Assembly: GCF_009834535.1 (NCBI RefSeq)
Contig: NC_045696.1
Coordinates: 73,844,001 to 73,908,000, forward strand
DNA: 64,000 bases
DNA from: Camelus ferus
Taxonomy: Eukaryota
Direction of reading: 5' to 3'
Shown in pieces: positions 49,434-61,959 of the stretch (position 1 is the stretch's first letter; every line of letters starts with the position of its first letter). Both the position numbers and the translations under genes were made by a program. The notes below the pieces were generated by a model. That model was given only the letters and a program-made list of their open reading frames with translations, did no database searches and was not told the DNA's origin.

Positions 49434-52400
49434 GGTCAATGTTCCTTTCACGAATGAAGAACTCTACATATGTCAATTATCGTACTTCAGAAAGACAGAA
49501 ATAAAAAAAGCCACTTCCTTAAGAAGTTGTATCCTGTGTGGCTCTTCTAGTCATTGGGTCAATGTTAACTACCTCCAGGTGAGTAGTTAGTTAGACAAAG
49601 GCGATTTAGTGGCACCCCACCCTGATCTTGTTCTCAATAGATATGTAAGTTGATTTATGTTATCTTACTTTACCTGTAGTATAACTGTTGAAATTGTTTT
49701 TTATTTTGGGGTTTTAAATAAGATGTCTTTGCTGGATTAAGACCATGCTTTTCCCTGTTGCATGATCTACCTAGGAATAATCCACGCAATTCTACCTCTT
49801 TGAGTTTATTCAAGGAATGGTAAGAGTTAATGAAGATGTGAATGCAGGAAAGCACAAGTGACAAAACAGTCATCTGAAAGTCATCATTACTTCTGACTTC
49901 CCTGTATTTGTGTTAGAGTCTAGTCGTTAAAGTGATATAATTCACTGAATAAAACCTTTCTACTAAGCCTTTGGTCAGCAGATTAATAATACCTATATTG
50001 TGTATAGAACTCATCTAAAATTAGTGATTACAGTTCTCATTTTTCTTTTGATACAATGAAGAGTAAAAGCATGTTCAAAGAATGTGAAAGGACTTTGTGA
50101 AATCATATCACAGTTAACTTAATCAGAATTTAATATAATAAACCAATACAGTAATAAAAATGTCCTAATTTTTGTATTAGCAGTTGACATCTCTTTATCC
50201 TTATTTTATAATATGAGACTTTCAAAGCATTAGAAATTTGTGAGCTAATAACAAATCTACAAAGATAAAAAAGGCAAAAAATTGATACCTTCTGATTCAG
50301 AATATATGTCAAGTTTAGTTGTCGTGTTTATAGTAAATAAGTAACATAAATTAACTATTTGTAGGTTACTGGGTGATATGGATTGTTTTTGCTGTTACCT
50401 AAATAGAGTTCCTACTTTTCTAAAGCTTCCAGTCTTTTATGACTCACAAAGAAACATTAACATTTATGATCAGCTTAATCACTGATTCAACAAATTTGCT
50501 TTATAAAATTTCATATACCTAAGTTTTTTTAAGCATGTGTTATCTTCTTAAATGGATAGTTTACATGTTGATTTATCCATGACAGTCTTAATTTAAACTT
50601 TCATTGTTAATTATTATCATTGTTATGGTTGCTTCACAATAATAGCAACTAACAGTGTTCAGAAGAATAAGAGGGACTATGATATTGAATCTGGTTGTTT
50701 TAATGGAATGACACAGAGTTCTGTGTGACACCAAAGATTTTGTCATTTTACAGTGAGAATGAGCTGAGAAAAAAAACTGTTAATAGATTGTTAGGTTGGT
50801 ATTTGGGCCACAGTTATTTCTGTTTTTTTTTTTTTTTTTTTTTAGGTACATCTTTAAGGCTGCACCTAGAGATTTGGCTCAGATGTCAGGAATAATGAGC
50901 TTCATTATAATGGTAGACCTTGATGAGAGTTCTGGCTAAAAAAGAAAGAAAAGATTAAAAAAAAGAAAAGAAAAGGCATTTGTGGTACTTTACATATACA
51001 GACATGTAGCACCATCTACTGGATTTGAGTAAGTGAATAAAATCTGTAAAATAATGTGTTTCCACCAGCAAAAGAATGAAACTATGAATATGAAAGCTGC
51101 TTATAGTACTGGTTTATCCATTTCTTTCAATTTTGGGATTGTTTTTACTGGTAGATGTGAATACTTTGCTATAAAGGGCCTTCTTTTCCCCTTTGTCCTT
51201 GCTTCTAGGAAATGTCACAAAAAATCATTAGCCATTATTTTAGGTTACCCATTTACAGCAATTGATTTTACATGTGCATACACACACATATCCCACTGTA
51301 CTCAACAAAATTACGTAATATTTTTTACAAGGCAATAGTTGCCATGGGCAAAATAAATTTTGTGAATGTAATTTCCCAGAAAAGAATTTGAAGTCTGTAA
51401 TTAAGGAGATCTTTCCTCTACTGTTTCTCTGCAACAGAAAATGTTTCCATTAAATATAGTTACGGTTCCCTGTTATCAGGAGAAATAAATCCTTAGAACT
51501 AATCCATTCATTAGTTCATTAATTCAGCGAGCATTAATCAACGGATTACTATGTTTCAGCAACAATGATAAAAACATTAAAAAAAAAAAACAGTGATTTC
51601 AGAAATATTTCATAGTATTTGGCTGTGAGGTAAGTGTTTGTTGGTTAAGACTTACATCCACCTCTTTCATTAACTGAACAGCCAGTTATCTAATATAGTC
51701 TTGTAAAATGTACAAGTTTGCAAAAGGTTATAGATACTGGTCAAGATATTCACCACTAAAAACATGTTTTGTATAGGAAGGGGAATTGTGGAACAGGACA
51801 ATTAAAAGACTCCTCTGACCTTCTTCCAATGAGACTGTTATCTCATTATCCAAGTTGTTATCTGTTTCATAATATAATGCACTTCCTCAGGAGGGAGTGA
51901 GCACATAAGCACTAGCAGTGTGAAAGCATTGCATGTCACTGAAGTGCACACTGTAGCTGGATTGTAGATTGTGGGCAATCTTGGAAGTTTCTTCTAATTC
52001 TGAGGTTATAAATATGCTCTGAATCTAGTCATATGCAACTATATTAAGAAAGAATTACATAAAAGAAAATCTGAGAAAATGGAGACATTGACCATATTTC
52101 TGGGGAGGAAGACAATAACAGTTTCATTTCTTCTTAAATTATTATGTATATTCAAGGAAATTTCAATGAAAATCCCTAGGGTCCTGTGTCCTTTTTTTGA
52201 ACTTGACAACTTGATTCCAAGGAAGTGTTTGAGAATAGACAAGAATAGTTGTAATGGTGGTACTGGATGGTGTGTCTGTCCCTACCATAGTAAGAAGCTA
52301 TGCTAGACAAAACAGTGTGGCACTTTTGTAGAGATAAATAAATCAACAAAATACCAAACATCCAGAAACACAGCATTGGATATATAAGAATTTAATACAT

Positions 52401-52889
52401 AAAAAAGGACACATTTTAAACCAAAGGAGCAAGATAGACTATTTTAATTAATAAGTGATGTTGGGAAAATTTCTATTTTTTTTGAAAAAGAACTATGAAT
52501 CTACTTCCTCTAATACACAAATATGAATTTTATGTGCATTAGAATTTTAATGTAGAATATATAATTATAAAAGTACTAGGAAAAATATAAATATACATAA
52601 AACATTTTAATAAACAACAATAAATTTTAATGAATAAACATTAAAATTTAATATTAATAAAAATTTAACAATAAATATATAAAATTAAAAATTAAATATT
52701 ATTAAAATTTAATAATAGTATAATTTTAGTAAATGAAATTGTATATTATATATATGTATAAATACATAATATATAAAAATAGATCAATTTTATAGTCTTC
52801 CAGGAAAGGCTTTCCTTTAGTGAGGTGCAAAACAAAAGTTATCAAGGAAAAGGCTGACAGATTTATCTATGTGAAAATTTAAAACTCCT

Positions 52890-53530
52890 CCTTTCATTCA
52901 TACATTTATTTTCTCAGCAGATTTTTATTGAGCACTACCAGGTGCAGGTATTCTTCTAATTTCTGAATATAGGCTGAATAAAATGCACATGGATCCTATT
53001 GTCATGCATGTTATAGTCTAGTGGCAAAGATAGAAATAACTAAACAAGCAATTAAAAACATGAGTACTAATTGTGGTGAATTAATCCGAATGTAATTACT
53101 AAGTGTGAAAAATTTGCTTTAAGAATGAATAACAAGTAAGAGCTATATTGGATTGAATGGGCAAGGAAGGCCTCTCTGAGGAGGTTATATACTATAAACT
53201 GAAGAGCATAGAGCCCTGAAGCATACTCCAGAACTAGACCTTATGGAAGGAAAATATTCCAGGCAGAGGGATCTGCACATATGAAGACCCAAAGGCAGAA
53301 AGACTCCTTGGTGTTTTGAAGCTCTGAGAAAATAATGTAAAAAATTCAAGGTGGCTGAAACAGGGAATAAGGGGAAAGATGGCAAGAGATGAGGCTGGGA
53401 AAAAATAGGCAGAGATAAGATCACATGGGACTTTATAGACCAGGCTAAGAAGTTTAGATTTAGTTCTAACTAAACCAGGAATCCACTGAAGAGTTTTAAC
53501 CTGGAAGAAATCTTATTTAAGTTTTTAAAA
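52890..53530 (-). mobile_element. L2 3' part (continues ~56725-56905)
   Basis: TTCATTCA tail, TTTATTGAGCACTAC, AGGAAGGCCTCTCTGAGGAGGT, TTCCAGGCAGAGGGA. Confidence 0.85.
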
Positions 53531-53828
53531 AGCCCTTAAAACAGTACAACTTTGGAAAAAGGTCTGACATGTTTTGTAAAACTAAACCTACACCTCTCCT
53601 ATGGTGAGCAATTGTACTCCTTGGTATTTATCCAAGAGAAATAAAAACATGTGTCCTTGAAAGGCTTGTACTGAGAGTATATGTTAATAATTCTGAAACT
53701 ACTTTAAATGTACTTTGGGATTGAGCAAATAAGTAAATGGATGATGGATAGTGGGAGCAAAGTTTCTCACTGTCAGAGGGAAGTTTCACATAAATAAGAG
53801 AGGAATCAAAAGCCTATAAATTTAATTA

Positions 53829-53952
53829 GGCCACCTATAATGAAAAAAATATGAAAATGAATATGTATATATATATATGGCTGAACTATCATGCTGTACA
53901 CCAGAAATTGACACAACACTGTAAATGGACCATACTTCAATAAAAAAAAAAA
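53829..53952 (+). mobile_element. Younger L1 3'-end fragment
   Basis: CCTATAATGAAAAA..TATGAAAA..ATATGTATAT...TGCTGTACACCAGAAATTGACACAACACTGTAAA..GAC.ATACTTCAAT then poly-A. Confidence 0.8.
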
Positions 53953-54663
53953 TCTCCCAACATCAACAACAACAAAATAAATAAAGGCAGGCTAGAATGA
54001 ACTCTGTGGTATAGGATTGGAGACATCAGTATGTATTAAAATTTAGTTTACATAGATAGATAGATACAAACACAATTATAGATGTATATCAATTCTTGGG
54101 TTAATATACATACATATATTATCTAGTTTTGTCTGCTGAAAGGGCCCAGAAGCAATGACAACCTGGTAAAAGCAAACATACACAGAGCCTAGATCTTGCT
54201 TTCTAAATACCATTCTCCAATAAAAGGAACCAGAGCTTTTTGGAGAAATGACTAATTCTTGGGCCATGTAAGGAAAATACAAGATGAGCCTAGAGCATTT
54301 TGCAGGCCGGAAAGTAAGGAGTGCTCAAAAAACAAAAGGACGAAGGCATGTCAAAGAAACACAAGGGGCCAATGGCCAAATCTGGAACAAATTGGGTAAC
54401 AAAATAGCATAGTTTGGATTATAGTCCAAAGTATAAAATATATATGAGTCTGTAGTAATATAAATAAATAATTGAATGAATAGATAAATGGAGAAATAAT
54501 CTTACTTACAGAAAAATTTCAAATAATATTATGTAGGTACTCTTCTTTTGGGAGGTAGGGTGTACTCTCCCTCCTTGAGGGCAGACTGAACCCAGTGAAT
54601 TATTTAGAGTATTGAAGGGGAAATAGTTGCTTTATAATGGAGAAACCTGGCAAATGTTATCTT

Positions 54664-54785
54664 TTGGGGGTGGGGTGGGGAGGTAATTAGGTTTATTTAC
54701 TTATTTTAATGGGGGGACTGAGGATTGAACCCAGGACCTTGTGCTTGCTAAGCATGTGCTCTGCCACTGAGCTATACCCTCCCAC
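54664..54785 (-). mobile_element. Vic-1-like tRNA-derived SINE (camelid)
   Basis: Reverse complement GGGAGGGTATAGCTCAGTGGCAGAGCACATGCTTAGCAAGCACAAGGTCCTGGGTTCAATCC; TSD AA(A/G)TG(T/C)TATCTT at 54652-54663 and 54787-54798. Confidence 0.9.
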
Positions 54786-55552
54786 TAAGTGCTATCTTAA
54801 CAAAAGGATCACAGTTAAAATCACCAGTAATGCCATGAGAACATCATGAGCCCTCTTATATGATGTGATGAGAAGTATATTTCACCTCTATGGTTTTCTT
54901 CCCCCAAACCCATAACCCCAGACAAATCATGAGAAAATCTTCAGGTAAACCATTAAGGGACAGTCTACAAAACATCTGAACAACACTTCTCAATACTGTC
55001 CATGTTATAAAACACAGGAAAAAACTGAGAACTTGTCCTAGACCAGGGGAGACGAAGGAGACATCACAACAACAAAACACAATGTGGCATGCTGGATTGG
55101 ATCCTGGAACAGAGAGAGAACATTAATGGAAAGACAGGAAAATCTGGTGTTTAGTTTATAGTAATGGCCTAATATTTGCTTCTCTCCTTTGCCAAATGTA
55201 CCAGGGTAATGTATGATGATAATGTTAGAGGAAACTGACACTAGATGAGGGATACACGGAAACTCTGTATTATCTTTGCAACTTTTCTGTAAATCAAAAT
55301 TATTCTAAAATAAATAAATGTATTTAAAAAACTTGTACAAGAATGTTTATAATAGCTGTAGTCATAGTTGCCCCAAACTGAAAACAGTCCAGGTGTTCAT
55401 CATTAGGAGAATGGATAAACAAAGTGTGTTATACTTACATGAGGGAATACTACTCAGCGATAAAAAGAAAGAAACCATTGATACCACAATATGGATGAAT
55501 ATCAAAAACATGAAGCCAAGTGAAAAAAGGCCTGACATCAAAAAGTACATAG

Positions 55553-56251
55553 TTTCATCAATCTGGGTGCCATCAGAAGAGAGAAACCACACAGTAATTT
55601 AATAGAGAAAGTTTAATATAAAGAATTGTTAACTGTAACAGAGGATTGGAGTAACAAGGGACTGGCTGGTAAGAAGTAAACAAAACTCTAAAGAATGTAG
55701 AAATATCAGATGCAAGGAGCAGTTACTATCCTTAAAGCTAAGAGAGTGTGCCCAGGGAAGTGGTCTTCCAGGACTTGATGAATGGCAGAGAAGTCACTGT
55801 GCTGGTTGAACTTGCTGGAAATCTTTTCTCTGTGGTGCCAGGGGAATCTATTAATGGGGAGATGTTTCACTGGGGGCACTCTGTTGCCAAATTGCCCAAA
55901 TTGGGGTGGGAGTGGGTGCTAAGGAGAGCTGCTGTGCACAGCAGGAGCTGGAAACTGGAGAAGCTGCAAGTCAAGTGCTGCAGGAGCCTGATGCTGGAGA
56001 AACTGCCTGTGATGCAGGACCTGGATGCTGGAGAAGCTATGCATGCTGCAGGAGCCTGTCAGGTGAGCACACTGGAACCAGGGAGAAAAAGAGCTTTTTT
56101 CTTCCTGCAGTGTCTCCTGTGCTCTTTATTGATAAATCTTGATAGCGTGCCACCTGTTGAAAGAGAAATAAAGGGCCCATATCTGTTTTCACAGGGCAGG
56201 CAAAATGGGTGAATTTGGAGCTGAGAGGAAATAAATTGTAAATGTAACACA
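55553..56251 (-). mobile_element. ERVL-class solo LTR (LTR40/41-like) inserted in an L1 3' UTR
   Basis: AGAGAAACCACACAGTAATTT...AAAGTTTAATATAAAGAATTGTTAACT, ends ...AACACA; flanks ACATAG/ATATAG; L1 sequence resumes afterwards. Confidence 0.65.
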
Positions 56252-57358
56252 ATATAGTGCCTTTCCATTTATTTGAAGTTTTAAAAGAGAGAAACTAACT
56301 TAGAGAAAATATCAGAACAGTAAGTTGCCTCTGGGGATTAGGGGAAGTGAGAGAAGGCACTGACTGTAAAGAGGCAAGTGGAAACTCTTTGGGGTAGTGT
56401 TAATGTTCAGTAACTTGAGAGTAGTTTAAGTTAACCAGGTGTATGCATTTGTAAAGATTTGTATATTTCTTTGTATATAAATTTTACCTATTGAGGAAAG
56501 AATGTAAACAAAAGTAAACATGTGCATAGTGAAGTACTTACGGGGGAAGTGTACTGATTACTGCAATTTACTTTGAAATGCACCAATAAATAAGATAGAT
56601 TGATGAATGAATAGATAGATATGTGGTAACGAGAATAGTCACATTGATGGTAGAACCCAGGAAATATCTTGATCAAGGGGGTACTGGTGCTCACTGTAAA
56701 ACTGTTTCAACTTTTCTGTATAGTCCGAACTGACATGGTGACCGTGGAGATGGAGAGAATTCATAAAAACCAAGAGAAGAAAATGTTTTAATAGGGAAGG
56801 AACAGCTGAGCTGAATGTAGTCCATAGATCAGGTGAACTGATGATGAACAGAACCACTGGAATGTGAAGCATACTGATGGAACAAGAGCAGTTTCTGAGG
56901 TATGTATGGCAAAATACACTAAAAACAAAGTTTAAAAAAAAGCAAAAAAAAAAAAAGGAAGAAAAATATTATTCATAGACACATACACAAATATGCATGA
57001 AAATACTATCTATAACATATAAAGCACTGCAGTAATTGAATAAGAAGAGACAATCTAATGGGAAAAAATGGGCAAAGGATATGATAAAGAAATTCTTAGC
57101 AGAACTGTGTTGTCCAGTCTCACTTGTTATTATAGAACTGTCATTTAAGAACGAGATACTATATTGTTCTCCTTAGGTTGTAAAATATTTAATACTTCAG
57201 AACATTCAGAGTATGCAAGGATAGTCTTTCTCTTTCGGTATGTATAGACGTTTTGAAAGATAATTTAGTGGTAGCTATCAAAATAAAATGGCTTACTCTT
57301 GTTTCCATTAATTTTACTCCTAAGAATGTCATGAAGAAACACACAGGTGTGCAAGATT

Positions 57359-57467
57359 ATATCTTATTCACCAAATCTTAAGATGCCTCTAACTGAAAGA
57401 TGTATTCCAATTTCAGAGATATTAAAATATGAAAATAAGTATACTCTAGAATTGATGAAATTCAGTA
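57359..57467. mobile_element. MER104-like (TcMar-Tc2) MITE
   Basis: ATCTTAAGATGCC...ATTTCAGAGATATTAAAATATGAAAA...CTAGAATTGATGAAATTCAGTA with degenerate terminal inverted repeats and TA flanks. Confidence 0.6.
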
Positions 57468-58719
57468 TTGTAAAGATGTTCACTATAGCATTGTTTAAAA
57501 AGTTAATATTGATTGATAATACTGAATTTTAATCTCCATTAAAAGACCATAGATCTAATACACTGACACGGAAACACGGCCATTAATGCTAAATGAAAAA
57601 ATGAATTTACAAAAGAACATTTATAGTATGATTCTATTTCTATAGGAAAAATTAATATATGTATATATTTATAGCTTCCTTTTAAAAAATGCCACTAAGA
57701 TGAACACTAAACAGTGGCAACATTTTGGGAATGAACTGGTATGGAGGTGAGAATATCTTTTTCGTAACTTCACACATAATTGTATTTTCCTTTTTTTTTT
57801 TTTTTTTTACAAAGATCACATTTTGGCAAACCAAAAATCTTTTCATATTTTAGCCTAATCAACCTGATTTGGATGAAATTATCTATTTGGGAATGAGATG
57901 TAAAAGAGTAACATCTACCTTATCATTTTGGGATTAAATAGATTATTTCATGGTCAATGACAAGGCTTGTAAATCTATGGGTTTTGTTTTCAAATCTAGA
58001 TCTGAATGAATACAAATAGAGTTATGATCTGGAAGTTGTAGAATTATAAAAGTGGGAATTGGATGAGATGGAATGCTGTGCTGATGAGGGGGAGAAGCAG
58101 GGATATTGTTCAAAGGCAGAAATGTAGAATTTGGAGACTGCATGCACATTTTGTCCAAAAGTCAACATTGTATAATTGTCATCCTGAAATTCAGGAAATA
58201 GAAGCCTTGAGGTATAGGAAACAGGATTCTTTGCAGGGATTTGGCTGCCAAAGTTCTTATGTCCTTGGGGCCTAGGGGAGTACCCAGCAAAGACAGCTGC
58301 AGTCATGTATTTGGCAGCTACAGCTGACACTGAGAGGGGTGGATCAACAGATTGGCACAGGCCAAGGCAGCTGCCTCAGTATTTACATTTTTAAATAATA
58401 ATTTTTAAAAGGGACATTGCCAGAACAAATTTCAAGTAGAAATAACTATATGTCATCTTAATATATGTTGGATACTAACATTTTTATTAGTAGGGATGAC
58501 TGAACTATTATAAAATAAAAGATGATCTTCTATAATGTTATTTAAGCTCTAAAAGTCCATTATTCCATATAGGTCAAAATTCCCTCTACATCTGAGTCTT
58601 TCTCCCCCACCAGCTTGGAAATTCAAGAAGTGGGGAATAAAATGCCTTGTTAACTCTAGTCTTTGAAGACACTATTTCTAAGTCCATAAGATTAAATATA
58701 TGGAAAGTCATGTAAACAC

Positions 58720-59100
58720 AAAGACAAAGCTACAAAAGAGGATTTCAAAAGTATAGTGACAAACCAAGGATAAAAAAGACATTTTCAAGACATTTGAGGA
58801 AATACGAATATGAAAAGATATTGATAATGAAGAGATAGTTTGATATTGTTAACTTTGTTAGATGTGATAATAACATTGTTTTAAAGTTAAAAAATAAACG
58901 TTAAACATTAGTGATGCATGTTCAAGTAGTTAGTGGTGAAATGTTATGCTGTTTGTGATTTACTTTAAAGTGCTTCAGCAGAAGATATAGATGAAGCTAA
59001 CATGAAAAAAAATGTTAAATCAAGGTGATGAGTATGTGGGGTATATATACCCCACTCATTATTCTTACATATATTTAAACTTTTTATAGTAAAAAAAATT
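58720..59100 (+). mobile_element. Ancient L1 3' end
   Basis: TTTGTTAGATGTGATAAT...TGATTTACTTTAAA...AGGTGATGAGTATGTGGG. Confidence 0.75.
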
Positions 59101-59189
59101 AACAATGAACAGGTAAAATAAAATTCCAAAGGGCAAAAAAATCTAGATAGTTGATTATTGGATAAGCAAAATTAATTGATCCTTATGAT

Positions 59190-59370
59190 GCACTGGTAGA
59201 GAGTATTCCAGCCAAGAACACCCCTCATAGCAGAGAGCATAGTTTGGATTAGCAGACCTGTATCCTAGTTTAGGTCCTGCCTACTTTAATCGCTTCACCC
59301 AGGGAGACTCAGTTTATTCATCTAGAAAATTAAAGGACTAAATTAATTGTTTTGTCCTTTCTAGTTCTGA
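59190..59370 (+). mobile_element. MIR-family SINE fragment
   Basis: CAGACCTG...CTCAGTTTATTCATCTAGAAAAT. Confidence 0.65.
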
Positions 59371-60013
59371 GAAGCCGTACCACAGAGGCCCTAAAATCAG
59401 CCCTAAACTCAAACTCCTACCTGTGCCTAGCAGGTGATTCAAGTTAGTGAATTGATGGAATGCTTGCCAGTCTAAAGGGGGCGCCTCTTCAGCCGAGTAA
59501 AGTCTTCCGATAATGTAGGCACAGATGTTACCTACCCTTTTTTCAGATTAGGAAGAAACACAGGTTTTTATGTGAACTGTAAATGTTAACAAGTGAAAAA
59601 TGTAAAGAAAATAAAGGAGTGGGGAGTCTGCGCTGCAAGTTTGCCTTCTTTGCGCAGTTCACGTCTGCGGTCAGCTAGGACTCCACAGCCAGGCAGCAGA
59701 GCACTGTGAGGAAGACCAGAAGTTAAAACAGACGAAGATCAAAACATCCAGTAACGATTCGAGGGTGTGAATTCTGCTTCAAAATACCAGTCTACTTCAG
59801 CCTGCGAGATTTCATCTACTAATGGAACTCGGTAAACGCCACTTGATTGTTGTCCTTCGCTCTCATCTTCCGCCCGCGATCGCAGCAGCTGCGTAGCGCT
59901 AAGCCATTCCCGTGCCCTGTGGTCCCCCGGAGACTGCGGGCGCCACCCGATTTTACACCCCTCGGGAGCGCCGGGAGGACGGACGGGGCCGCGCTTTCAA
60001 GGATTGTTGTGCT

Positions 60014-60200
60014 GGCGCCTGGCAACCCAGTGAACCTCTGGAGGAGTAAGTTTATTCGCTTCTCTGGGTTCTCCCGAAGAAAAAAACGTTTCTCTGGGTC
60101 CAAGGAAGGAGTTCTCAACCGGAAGTCCTGCCCCCGGCCTTGAGCGCTTCCTGTTTGGTAACTAAGGGCGCGAAACGGTTGCTTGAGTACCGGTAGCAAT
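60014..60200. promoter_or_regulatory. RFX X-box-like motifs and ETS site
   Basis: GGCGCCTGGCAAC (60014-60026), GTAACTAAGGGCG (60158-60170), GTTGCTTGAGTACC (60178-60191); ETS consensus ACCGGAAGT (60118-60126). Confidence 0.6.
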
Positions 60201-60316
60201 TACTCCCGAGCTTCGCGAGTGCCTGGGATTACCTCAGGTGCTGTTCACGGGCGATACGAGAAGGTGACTCTTTCCTCCTCCGGACGTTTTCTGGAGTCCC
60301 CTCTCCATTTGTCATC

Positions 60317-60406
60317 ATGAGTAGTGAATTTCTGGCGGAGCTGCATTGGGAGGATGGGTTCGCCATCCCGGTGGCGAATGAGGAGAACAAGATACTGGAA
60401 GACCAG
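60317..60406 (+). CDS. CCDC39: Coiled-coil domain-containing protein 39 (motile-cilia 96-nm axonemal ruler), first coding exon; the rest of the gene lies beyond the window
   Basis: 90 nt translate to [30 protein letters not shown], matching the CCDC39 N-terminus as I recall it (human ...NEENKLLEDQ); A at -3; phase-0 donor CAG|GTGAGG; lies in a CpG island. Confidence 0.96.
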
Positions 60407-61959
60407 GTGAGGATCGGGTGAAGAAGGCGGGGGATGGGGGGTTTTGGAGGGACGTTTTCTGGTTTGTAGAAATACAACCCTTTTATTTCTCTCTGTTCCT
60501 TCCTTAATCTCATCTTTTCTGTCTACCTCTTCTCGGCACCATCTCCTTCCACACCTGCTCGCCCTTTTCGGTACTTGCTAAGCATAAAAACAAGCAAACA
60601 ACAGAAACGGTAATTGATATTCACGACTATAAAGCCTGAATCTGTATTCTTTCCTCCTCTTCCACTCCATGTACTCATTTCCAGCCTCCTGAGCAGTAAA
60701 GACTGTTCCCGCGCCCTCTTTTTTCTTCCTCAGAATTAAGCGCGGTTTGCAAAGGGACTTCTGAGATTTGCGTGGCATCAGCTATTTGGGGATGCTTGTA
60801 AACAAAATACGTTGTGGTTGACATTTTGAGTTTCGGCGTATGATGTTTAAAGTTAAGGTGACTTGAAGAAATGTTTTCAAGAGGGATGTTCTAGTAAGAA
60901 CGTAAAATGTGCAGTTTACAGCTTTTCAAAGTGAGGATTAAGTTGTCACAGAACAATATAAAATATTTTACGTTGTAAGGAATATTTTACAGCAGCTTGC
61001 AAACAAAGCATGGTAGTTATAAAAATAAACTTGCAGCCAGCTCAGGAAACTTTTAAAAACCTTTAGCAGCCAGTCTAAAGTTCCATCACATGGCAATGTG
61101 TTGTATGGAAGAGGGTCGGAGAACAGATGATGTTTACACTACTTTAGAGAATGGAAAAGAAGGTCTTCTCTCCTCTGAGAAATGAAAATGAAAATCCCCC
61201 ACTCTGTGTTTTGAAAAACTTTTTTCAAAATATTCTGACTCACTTACTTCCGTCTAATTTAGATGGCTTCAGTTTTTGATTTTTGTATTTTTCAGTGAAG
61301 AGCAACATTAGGAAATAAATATATCACTGAGTACTGAGGAATATCAAGAAGTGCTGTTCAGATACCACTTATAGCACTTTGTCTATTTCTTCTACTTAAA
61401 CTGTAATAAGTAAAATAATTATCTCACAGTGTTGTTATACAGCTCTAAGGACATTAATATAGGTTAAAGTTCCATTTAAATGTTAGTTTTTGGTATTATG
61501 TCATACTATTTGTCTCAGGATTTTATATACATATGACTTATATTAGCTATTTTGAAAAATATTAAAGAGCAATAAAAAGAATAATGAGGACCATAATCAC
61601 TTCAGCTGAATAAACTCTGATATTTAAAAAAAGCAACTCTTGAAAGTTTAATATATTCAAGCAGAACAGAAGGATATAAAATATAAAAATACATGATATT
61701 CCCTCCCCCCAAAACCCACTGTTGCTCATAAAAGTGGCTATTGTGGCCTTAAACAAATATCCAAGACATCATGGTCTACAGGTATATAGTTAGAAAAGAC
61801 AGGAGTATTATAAATATGGGATCCTACTGTATATTTTACTTGTATTTAAGAGAAGAAATTCAGTGAGTGTTACTTAATTACAAGAGAGAGTGGTTGCTAA
61901 AAAGCTTCTTTAATATTAAGAAAAACTAAGTAAGAAAAAATGAAATGGTTAAATTAATT

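Larger units (their letters stand above)
53680..55318 (+). mobile_element. L1MC-like 3' UTR inserted in another L1 (~53535-53680, ~55320-55550, ~56255-56720)
   Basis: GGAGAAACCTGGCAA, CCCCAAACCCATAACCCCAG, GAACTCTGTATTATCTTTGCAACTTTTCTGTAAATC..AATAAA; CTTGTAC..GA duplicated near 53665 and 55332. Confidence 0.8.
52040..57830 (+). mobile_element. Nested repeat cluster with an ancient L1 as outermost element (~52040-52885 and ~56915-57830)
   Basis: L1 ORF2-derived sequence stops near 52885 (TATGTGAAAATTTAAAACT) and resumes near 56905 (TGTATGGCAAAATACAC..AAACAAAGTT). Confidence 0.7.
59620..60460 (+). promoter_or_regulatory. CCDC39: CpG island promoter / 5' UTR of CCDC39
   Basis: The only extended GC- and CpG-rich stretch in the window, immediately upstream of and overlapping the first coding exon; no ATG between ~60180 and the start codon. 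Confidence 0.9.

Noticed and set aside
52570..52790. Extremely AT-rich tract as a possible functional element
   Set aside because: Low-complexity expansion inside an old L1; no defined unit or other support.
55748..56212. 154-aa ORF with repeated motifs
   Set aside because: Lies wholly within a solo LTR and its internal minisatellite.
59819..60513. ORFs of 94-126 aa on both strands around the promoter
   Set aside because: Stop-poor GC-rich CpG-island sequence with non-ATG or unsupported starts; the real coding exon is the short 60317-60406 segment, which the ORF track misses.
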